This document shows positions 52,401 through 64,000 of a stretch of 64,000 nucleotides of DNA, one piece after another. The translations under genes were made by a program, and so were the position numbers. Source of the DNA: Eledone cirrhosa (taxonomy: Eukaryota); assembly GCA_964016885.1 (NCBI GenBank), contig OZ024762.1, positions 496,001-560,000 on the forward strand, written 5' to 3'. The notes under the pieces were generated by a model, which was not told the DNA's origin, searched no databases, and saw only the letters and a list, made by a program, of their open reading frames with translations. The number at the start of each line of letters is the position of its first letter. Position 1 is the first letter of the stretch.

Positions 52401-55400
52401 TGTCATTTTAGTCATTTATGATGCCGTTTTAGACATTTTAGAGTCATTTGAGCCATTTTAGAGTAATTCTAGTCATTTATGATGCGGTTTATAGCCATTT
52501 TAGGGTTAAATTAGTGATTTATGATGCCGTTTTAGCCATTTTAGTGTCATTTTAGTCATTTATGATGCCGTTTTAGCCATTTTAGGGTCATTTTAATACT
52601 TTATGATGCCCTTTTAGCCATTTTAGGGTCATTTTAGCCATTTTAGAGTAATTTTAGTCCTTTATGATGCTGTTTATAGTCATTTTAGAGTCATTTTACG
52701 CATTTATGTTGCCGTTTTAGCCATTTTAGTGTCATTTTAGTTATTTATGGTGCCGTTTTAGCCATTTTAGGGCTATTTTCGTCTTTTATAATGCAGTTTT
52801 AGCCATTTTAGAGTCATTTTGTCATTTGTGATAGCTTTTCCTGCAATTTTGGTGTCATTTTATTCATTTATGATGCCATTTTAGCCATTTTAGAATCATT
52901 TTAGTCATTTATGATGCTGTTTATAGCCATTTTAGTGTTATTTTACTCATTTATAACGCAATTTAGCCATTTTGGAGTTCTTTTAGCAATGTTTGGGTCC
53001 TTTTATTCATTTATGATGCGGTTTTAGCCATTTTAGGGTAAAATTAGTGATTTATGATGCCGTTTTAGCCATTTTAGTGTCATTTCACTCATTTATGATG
53101 CAGTTTTTAGACATTTAAGAGTCATTTTAGTGATTTATGATGCCATTTTAGCCATTTTAGTGTTATTTTGTCATTTATGATGGCGTTTTCTGCAATTTTG
53201 GGGTCATTTTATTCATTTATCATGCCATTTTAGCCATTTTAGAATCATTTTAGTCATTTATGCTGCCGTTTTAACCCTAAAATGGCTATGAACAGCATCA
53301 TAAATGACTAGAATTACTCTTAAATGGCTAAAATGACTTTAAAATGTCTAAAACGGCATCATAAATGACTAAAATGACACTAAAATGGCCCTAAAATGGC
53401 TAAAACGGCATCATAAATGAGTGAAATGACACTAGAATGGCTAAAACGGCAACATAAATGCTTAAAATGACTCTAAAATGACTATAAACAGCATCTTAAA
53501 GGACTAAAATTACTCTAAAATGGCTAAAATGACCCTAAAATGGCTAAAAGGGCATCATAAAGTATTAAAATGACCCTAAAATGGCTAAAACGGCATCATA
53601 AATCACTAAAATGACACTAAAATGGCTAAAACGGCATCATAAATCACTAAAATGACACTAAAATGGCTAAAACGGCATCATAAATCACTAATTTAACCCT
53701 AAAATGGCTATAAACAGCATCATAAATGACTAGAATTACTCTAAAATGGCTCAAATGACTCTAAAATGTCTAAAACAGCATCATAAATGACTAATATGAC
53801 ACTAAAATGGCTAAAACGGCAGCATAAATGACTAAAATGATTCTAAAATGGCTAAAATGGCATCATAAATGAATAAAATGACCCCAAAATTGCAGAAAAC
53901 GCCATCATAAATGACAAAATGACACTAAAATGGCTAAAACGGCATCATAAATCACTAAAATGACTCTAAAATGTCTAAAAACTGCATCATAAATGAGTGA
54001 AATGACACTAAAATGGCTAAAACGGCACCATAAATCACTAATTTGACCCTAAAATGGCTAAAACGGCATCATAAATGAATAAAATGACCCAAACATTGCT
54101 GATAACGCCATCATAAATGACTAAAATGACACTAAAATGGCTAAAACGGCATCATAAATGAATAAAATGATTCTAAAATGGCTAAAACGGCAACATAAAT
54201 GCGTAAAATGACTCTAAAATGACTATAAACAGCACCATAAAGGACTAAAATTACTCTAAAATGGCTAAAATGACCCTAAAATGGCTAAAAGGGCATCATA
54301 AAGTATTAAAATGACCCTAAAATGGCTAAAACGGCATCATAAATGACTAAAATGACACTAAAATGGCTAAAATGGCATCATAAATCACTAATTTAACCCT
54401 AAAATGGCCATAAACAGCATCATAAATGACTAGAATTACTCTAAAATGGCTCAAATGACTCTAAAATGTCTAAAACGGCATCATAAATGACTAAAATGAC
54501 CCTAAAATGGCTAAAACGGCATCATAAATGACTAAAATGACACTAAAATGGCTAAAACGGCATCATAAATCACTAATTTAACCCGAAAATGGCTATAAAC
54601 AGCATCATAAATGACTAGAATTACTCTAAAATGGCTCAAATGACTCTAAAATGTCTAAAACGGCATCATAAATGACTAAAATGACACTAAAATGGCTAAA
54701 ACGGCATCATAAATGACTAAAATGATTCTAAAATGGCATCTTAAATGAATAAAATGATTCTAAAATGGCTAAAACGGCAACATAAATGCGTAAAATGACT
54801 CTAAAATGACTATAAACAGCATCATAAAGGACTAAAATTACTCTAAAATGGCTAAAATGACCCTAAAATGGCTAAAAGGGCATCATAAAGTATTAAAATG
54901 ACCCTAAAATGGCTAAAACGGCATCATAAATGACTAAAATGACACTAAAATGGCTAAAACGGCATCATAAATGAATAAAATGATTCTAAAATGGCTAAAA
55001 CGGCAACATAAATGCGTAAAATGACTCTAAAATGACTATAAACAGCACCATAAAGGACTAAAATGACTCTAAAATGGCTAAAATGACCCTAAATTGGCTA
55101 AAACGGCATCATAAAGTATTAAAATGACCCTAAAATAGATAAAACGGCATCACAAATGACTAAAATGACACTAAAATGGTTAAAACGGCATCATAAATCA
55201 CTAATTTGACCCTAAAATGGCTAAAACGGCATCATAAATGAATAAAATGACCCAAACATTGTTGAAAACGCCATCATAAATGACAAAATGACTCTGAAAT
55301 GGATAAAACGGCATCATAGATGTTGAAAATGATTCTAAAATGGCATTATGATTTACTAAAATTACTCTAAAATGGCTAAAACAGCATCATAAATGGCTAA

Positions 55401-58400
55401 AATTGAAAAAACAGTGCCATAAATGAATAAGATAACTCTGAAATGAATAAAACGGCATCATAAACGACTAAAATGACACTAAAATCGCATCATAAATGAC
55501 TAAAATGACATTAAAATGGCTAAAACGGCATCATAAATGAATAAAATGGCTAAAAGGGAGTCATGAATGAAGAAAATGACACTAAAATGGCTAAAACTGC
55601 ATCATAAGTGAATTAAATGACTCTAATATGGCTAAATCGGCATCATAAGAGAATAAAATGACTCTAATATGTCTAAAACAGCATCATAAATAACTAAAAT
55701 GATTCTAAAGTGGATAAAACGGCATCATAAAAGACTAAAATGGCTAAAACAGCATCATAAATTACTTAAATGGCCCCAAAATGTCTAAAACAACATCATA
55801 AATGACTAAAATGACCCTATAGTGGTTAAAACGGCAATATAAATGCGTAAAATGACTCTAAAATGACTATAAACAGCATCATAAAGGACTAAAATTACTC
55901 TAAAATGGCTAAAATGACCCTAAATTGGCTAAAACGGCATCATAAAGTATTAAAATGACCCTAAAATAGATAAAACGGCATCACAAATGACTAAAATGAC
56001 ACTAAAATGGTTAAAACGGCATCATAAATCACTAATTTTACCCTAAAATGGCTATAAACAGCATCATAAATGACTAGAATTACTCTAAAATGGCTAAAAT
56101 GACTCTAAAAATGACTAAAACGGCATCATAAATGACTAAAATGACACTAAAATGGCTAAAACGGCATCATAAATGAATAAAATGACCCAAACATTGCTGA
56201 AAACGCTATCATAAATGACAAAATGACTCTAAAATGGATAAAACGGCATCATAGATGTTTAAAATGATTCTAAAATGGCATCATGATTTACTAAAATTAC
56301 TCTAAAATTGCTAAAACGGCATCATAAATGACTAAAATGACACGAAACTCAATAAAACGGCATCATAAAAGACTAAAAGGACTCTAAAATGGCTAAATTG
56401 CCTCATAAATGAGTAAAATGACACTAAAATGGCTATAAACAGCATCATAAATGACTAAAATGATTCTAAAATGGCTAAAACGGCATTATAAAGGACTAAA
56501 ATTACTCTAAAATGTCTAAAAACTGCATCATAAATGAGTGAAATGACACTAAAATGGCTAAAACAGCATCATAAATCACTAATTTTACCCTAAAATGGCT
56601 ATAAACAGCATCATAAATGACTAGAATTACTCTAAAATGGCTAAAATGACTCTAAAATGTCTAAAACGGCATCATAAATGACTAAAATGACACTAAAATG
56701 GCTAAAACGGCATCATAAATCACTAATTTGACCCTAAAATGACTAAAACGCCATCATAAATGAATAAAATGACCCAAACATTGCTGAAAACGCCATCATA
56801 AATGACAAAATGACTCTGAAATGGATAAAACGGCATCATATATGTTGAAAATGATTCTAAAATGGCATCATGATTTACTAAAATTACTCTAAAATGGCTA
56901 AAACGGCATCATAAATGGCTAAAATTGATAAAACGGCGCCATAAATGAATAAGATGACTCTGAAATGAATAAAACGGTATCATAAACGACTAAAATGACA
57001 CTAAAATCGCATCATAAATGACTAAAATGACCCTAAATTGGCTAAAACGGCATCATAAAGTATTAAAATGACCCTAAAATGGATAAAATGGCATCATAAA
57101 TGACTAAAATGACACTAAAATGGCTAAAACGGCATCATAAATCACTAATTTTACCCTAAAATGGCTATAAACAGCATCATAAATGACTAGAATTACTCTA
57201 AAATGGCTAAAATGACTCTAAAATGTCTAAAACAGCATCATAAATGACTAAAATGACACTAAAATGGCTAAAACGGCATCATAAATCACTAATTTGACCC
57301 TAAAATGGCTAAAACGGCATCATAAATGAATAAAATGACCCAAACATTGTTGAAAACGCCATCATAAATGACAAAATGACTCTGAAATGGATAAAACGGC
57401 ATCATAGATGTTGAAAATGATTCTAAAATGGCATCATGATTTACTAAAATTACTCTAAAATGGCTAAAACAGCATCATAAATGGCTAAAATTGAAAAAAC
57501 AGTGCCATAAATGAATAAGATAACTCTGAAATGAATAAAACGGCATCATAAACGACTAAAATGACACTAAAATCGCATCATAAATGACTAAAATGACATT
57601 AAAATGGCTAAAACGGCATCATAAATGAATAAAATGACTAAAAGGGAATCATGAATGAAGAAAATGACACTAAAATGGCTAAAACTGCATCATAAGTGAA
57701 TTAAATGACTCTAATATGGCTAAATCGGCATCATAAGAGAATAAAATGACTCTAATATGTCTAAAACGGTATCATAAATGACTAAAATGACTCTAAAAAG
57801 GCTAAAACAGCATCATGAACAATAAAATGACTCTAAAATGGCTAAAATGGAATGATGATTGACTAAATTTACTCTGAAATGGCTAAAACAGCATGATAAA
57901 TGACTAAAATGGCTAAAACAGCATTATATATTAGTAAAATAACTCTACAACTGCTAAAACACTATTGTAAATGACTCAAATGATTCCAAAATTGCTACAA
58001 CGGCAACATAAATGACTAACATAACACTAAAATGGCTAAAACGAAATCATAAATGACTAAAATGACTCTATAGTGGCTAAAACGGTATCATAAATGACGG
58101 ACATGACACTAAAATGAGTAAAATGGCATCATAAATGACTAAAATGACTCTAAAATGGCAATAACGGCATCATAAATGACTCAAATAACTCTAATATGGC
58201 TAAAACGGCATCATGAATGACTAAAATAACTCTAAAATGGCTAAAACGGCATCATGAATAACTAAAATAACTCTAAAATGGCTAACACGGCATCATAAAG
58301 GACTAAAATGACTTGAAATTGCTAAAACGGCATCATAAATGGCTGAAATGCCGCTAAAATGTGTAAAACCAGCATTATAAATTATTAAATGACTCTAAAA

Positions 58401-60710
58401 TATGTAAAACGGCATCATAAATTACTAAAATGACTCTAAATTGGCAATAACGTCATCATAAATGACTAAAATCGGCATCATGAATGAATAAAATGATCCT
58501 GAACTGGCTAAAACCGCATCATAAATGACTAAAACGGCATCATAAATGTATAAAATGACTCTAAAATGGCTAAAACGGTATCATAAATGACTCTAAAATG
58601 AATATAAATAGCATCATAAATGCCTAAAATTACTCGAAAATGGCTAGAATGACCCTAAAATGGCTAAAACGGATTCATAAAGCATTAAAATGACCCCAAA
58701 ATGGATAAAACGGCATCATAAATGAATAAAATGACACAAACATTGCTGAAAACTCCATTATAAATGGCAAAATGGCTCATAGATGTTTAAAATGATTCTA
58801 AATTGGTATTATGATTTACTAAAATTACTCTAAAATTGATAAAACGGCATCATAAATGACTAAAACGCCACGAAACTCGCTAAAACGGCATCATAAAAGA
58901 CTAAAAGAACTCCAAAATGGCTAAATTGCATCATAAATGTGTAAAATGACACTAAAATGGCTATAAACAGCATCATAAATGACTAAAATGATTCTAAAAT
59001 GGCTAAAACGGCATCATAAATGAATAAAATGACCCCAAAATTGCAGAAAACGCCATCATAAATGACAAAATGACTCTAAAATGGCTAAAACTGCATTATA
59101 AAAGATTAAAATGAGACTAAAACGACATCATAAATGACTAAAATGACTCTAAAATATCTAAAAACTGCATAAATGAGTGAAATGACACTAAAATGGCTAA
59201 AACGGCATCATAAATCACTAAAATGATCCTATCTATCTATCTTGTTGAGGGTTGTTCTATCGACGGGGTATTAAACAACCCATTTGTGGCGCCTCCCCCC
59301 TATTGGGGATTTCGATTGTTGGAATTGTTTGTTTTTATATTTTTTTACACGACTGTATGTAAAATCCCCGGCATGTCTTTGTATTGTCCCCTTTCTTGTT
59401 GCGCCCTTGTGGCTAATAAAGAAATCTATCTAAGGCGGGTAAAATTCCCGAGATCCATGGACGAGTTCTCTCCAGCGGTCTCTGTCCCTCATTATCGCTG
59501 CCATATCCTGCATCTCCAACAGACCAGTGTCTGTCCTTAGGGCATCAACATATGTTAACCTTGGTCTTCCTCTTCTAGTGTGTCCATGTAGGGGCTCCCA
59601 AAGGAGCACTGAGTGCAATGTCAACTCTGGATGTCGGTGAGCATGTCCAGCCAACCTCAGTCTCAGATTGGGAATACGGAGGATGATGTGGTTGAGAGGA
59701 AGAGCAAGGCCTGGGCGGCGTGCCACAGCTTGAGATCGGTGTGGAAGTCGGACCTTCGTAGAGACCTGAAAGTCCGCCTCTTCATTGCTGTAGTGGAGTC
59801 TGTGCTGCTGTATGGGTCTGAGACTTGGACACTGACCAAGAAACTCACTCAGATGGTGGATGGGTGCTACACGAGAATGCTGAGGATGGCTCTGAACATT
59901 GATCAGTATACACTGAGGATGAAAAACTCAGAGCTGTATGGGAGCATCCCAAAAGTCAGCTCCAAAGTGACACAAAATGATCCTAAAATGGATAAAACGG
60001 CATCATAAAAGACTAAAATGACTAAAACGGCATCATAAATGCGTAGAATGACTATAAACAGCATCGTAAATGACTAAAATGACTCTAAATGGCTAAAACG
60101 GCATCATAAATGAATAAAAATACCCAAAATTGCCGAAAACGGCAACATAACTGACAAAATGACTCTAAAATGGCTAAACCGGCACCATATATGACTAAAA
60201 TGACTCTAAAATGGATAAACCGGCACCATATATGACTAAAATGACCCTAAAATGGCTAAAACAGCATCATAAATCACTAATATTTATGTATATATATATA
60301 TGTGTATATATATACATATATGTGTATATATATATATGTTTATATGTATATATGTGTGTATATATGTGTATATATATATATATGTATATGTATATATGTG
60401 TATATATATATACATATATATGTGTATATATATATGTATATATATGTATATATATACATATATATATATGTGTATATGTATATGTATATATGTATATACA
60501 TATATATGTGTATATATATATGTATATGAATATATGTATATATATATATATATATGTGTGTATATATATATATATGTATATGTATATATGTATATATATA
60601 CATATGTATATATATATACATATATATGTATATATATATGTGTATATATGTATATGTATATATATGTATATATATATACATATATATGTATATATATATA
60701 TATGTATGTC

Positions 60711-60746
<36 letters not shown>

Positions 60747-60782
60747 TGTATGTATATATATATGTATGTATATATATATATG

Positions 60783-60873
<91 letters not shown>

Positions 60874-60994
60874 TTATATATATATATATATATGTATGTA
60901 TATGTATGTATATATATATATGTATGTGTGTGTATATATATATATATGTATGTATGTATATATATATATGTATATATATATATATGTATGTATG

Positions 60995-61027
<33 letters not shown>

Positions 61028-61046
61028 GTGTATATATATGTATATA

Positions 61047-61103
<57 letters not shown>

Positions 61104-61118
61104 ATATATATGTATATA

Positions 61119-61191
<73 letters not shown>

Positions 61192-61195
61192 TTAT

Positions 61196-61233
<38 letters not shown>

Positions 61234-61425
61234 GTGTATATATATATATATTTATATATATATATATAAATAAAATAGAATAACAGGAGGCTGGACTGGT
61301 GTAAATCCTTGAAAGGTTTGTTATACTATGATCATTGCAATGACCGAGTTCCATATGAATCCGGTGACATCATCAGGTATTGGAATATAACAAAGGAATA
61401 TGTAAAAACCTAAAAAAACCTAAAG

Positions 61426-61460
<35 letters not shown>

Positions 61461-61464
61461 TATA

Positions 61465-61501
<37 letters not shown>

Positions 61502-61534
61502 GTGTATATGTATATATATATATATATATATGTG

Positions 61535-61611
<77 letters not shown>

Positions 61612-61948
61612 GTGTGTATATATACATATGTGTATATATATATATGTTTATATGTATATATATATGTGTGTATATGTATATATATATATATGTATATGTA
61701 TATATGTATATATATATACATATATATGTGTATATATATATGTATATATATGTATATATATATATATACATATATACATATATATGTGCATATGTATATG
61801 TATATATGTATATATATATATGTATATGAATATATATGTATATAAGTACATATATATATGTGTGTATATATATATACATATGTATATATATATACATATA
61901 TATGTATATATATATATATATGTGTATATATGTATATGTATATATATG

Positions 61949-61979
<31 letters not shown>

Positions 61980-62106
61980 GTGTATATATGTATATGTATA
62001 TATATGTATATATATATATATATGTATATATATATACATATATATGTATATATGTATGTATATATATATATATATGTATGTATATGTATGTATATATATA
62101 TATATG

Positions 62107-62178
<72 letters not shown>

Positions 62179-64000
62179 ATAATAATGATACTATTTATAG
62201 TTATGTATATACTATATACAACTATAAACAGGAAAGGTCAGTCATTTATTACTACCTTATTACCAGTAAGAAAAATAGCTCAATGTAAATACATCGGATG
62301 TTTTATAGAGCAGGAATTATAAAACGGCATTATAAAGGACTAAAATTACTCTAAAATGTCTAAAAACTGCATCATAAATGAGTGAAATGACACTAAAATG
62401 GCTAAAACAGCATCATAAATCACTAATTTTACCCTAAAATGGCTATAAACAGCATCATAAATGACTAGAATTACTCTAAAATGGCTAAAATGACTCTAAA
62501 ATGTCTAAAACGGCATCATAAATGACTAAAATGACACTAAAATGGCTAAAACGGCATCATAAATCACTAATTTGACCCTAAAATGACTAAAACGCCATCA
62601 TAAATGAATAAAATGACCCAAACATTGCTGAAAACGCCATCATAAATGACAAAATGACTCTGAAATGGATAAAACGGCATCATATATGTTGAAAATGATT
62701 CTAAAATGGCATCATGATTTACTAAAATTACTCTAAAATGGCTAAAACGGCATCATAAATGGCTAAAATTGATAAAACGGCGCCATAAATGAATAAGATG
62801 ACTCTGAAATGAATAAAACGGTATCATAAACGACTAAAATGACACTAAAATCGCATCATAAATGACTAAAATGACCCTAAATTGGCTAAAACGGCATCAT
62901 AAAGTATTAAAATGACCCTAAAATGGATAAAATGGCATCATAAATGACTAAAATGACACTAAAATGGCTAAAACGGCATCATAAATCACTAATTTTACCC
63001 TAAAATGGCTATAAACAGCATCATAAATGACTAGAATTACTCTAAAATGGCTAAAATGACTCTAAAATGTCTAAAACAGCATCATAAATGACTAAAATGA
63101 CACTAAAATGGCTAAAACGGCATCATAAATCACTAATTTGACCCTAAAATGGCTAAAACGGCATCATAAATGAATAAAATGACCCAAACATTGTTGAAAA
63201 CGCCATCACAAATGACAAAATGACTCTGAAATGGATAAAACGGCATCATAGATGTTGAAAATGATTCTAAAATGGCATCATGATTTACTAAAATTACTCT
63301 AAAATGGCTAAAACAGCATCATAAATGGCTAAAATTGAAAAAACAGTGCCATAAATGAATAAGATAACTCTGAAATGAATAAAACGGCATCATAAACGAC
63401 TAAAATGACACTAAAATCGCATCATAAATGACTAAAATGACATTAAAATGGCTAAAACGGCATCATAAATGAATAAAATGACTAAAAGGGAATCATGAAT
63501 GAAGAAAATGACACTAAAATGGCTAAAACTGCATCATAAGTGAATTAAATGACTCTAATATGGCTAAATCGGCATCATAAGAGAATAAAATGACTCTAAT
63601 ATGTCTAAAACGGTATCATAAATGACTAAAATGACTCTAAAAAGGCTAAAACAGCATCATGAACAATAAAATGACTCTAAAATGGCTAAAATGGAATGAT
63701 GATTGACTAAATTTACTCTGAAATGGCTAAAACAGCATGATAAATGACTAAAATGGCTAAAACAGCATTATATATTAGTAAAATAACTCTACAACTGCTA
63801 AAACACTATTGTAAATGACTCAAATGATTCCAAAATTGCTACAACGGCAACATAAATGACTAACATAACACTAAAATGGCTAAAACGAAATCATAAATGA
63901 CTAAAATGACCCTATAGTGGCTAAAACGGTATCATAAATGACGGACATGACACTAAAATGAGTAAAATGGCATCATAAATGACTAAAATGACTCTAAAAT
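43402..64000. repeat. AT-rich satellite array, ~41-bp monomer (gatgccgttttagccattttagtgtcattttagtcatttat); T-rich orientation to ~53272, A-rich orientation afterwards; interrupted at ~59230-59975 and ~60280-62320
   Basis: Direct reading; monomers are made of 9-12-bp subunits that each start with a T3-4 tract. Confidence 0.97.
59220..59985. mobile_element. 5'-inverted, truncated RTE LINE with a 12-bp TSD inserted in the satellite; a second element is nested in its tail
   Basis: The + segment ~59676-59970 (KVRLFIAVVESVLLYGSETWTL..MLRMALNI..ELYGSIPKVSSKV) and the - segment ~59670-59430 (RLRLAGH..GRPRLTYVD..DRDRWR*) are consecutive parts of one ORF. aaaatgatccta occurs at 59220-59231 and 59974-59985. 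Confidence 0.85.

Noticed and set aside
43402-53272. Telomeric array (ttaggg occurs in some monomers)
   Set aside because: TTAGGG appears only as isolated variants inside 41-bp monomers, never in tandem.

Overview
Repeat-saturated, AT-rich eukaryotic (metazoan) genomic DNA. The SINE/LINE families and extreme (TA)n/(CA)n/(GGT)n load suggest an octopod cephalopod, but that is an inference. There are two spliced + strand genes. The first is a 5'-incomplete SH2D4A/B-like SH2 adaptor (8 exons, 10319-17766, one intron apparently GC-AG). The second is a complete 5-exon, 315-aa cytosolic sulfotransferase (33059-41049) whose PAPS-binding motifs are degenerate (YPYSG instead of YPKSG). The rest is microsatellites, minisatellites, tRNA-derived SINEs, LINE fragments and a ~20 kb satellite of 41-bp monomers with higher-order repeats, a strand inversion and a 5'-inverted RTE insertion. 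Almost all ORFs in the supplied track are low-complexity artefacts. The most striking hidden signal is at least 14 minimal type I hammerhead-ribozyme motifs from about 8 unrelated short sequence families. They sit in or next to (TA)n tracts and often form inverted repeats or palindromes. This fits a diverse population of Penelope-like (pLTR) or retrozyme remnants, several of them in sense orientation inside introns.
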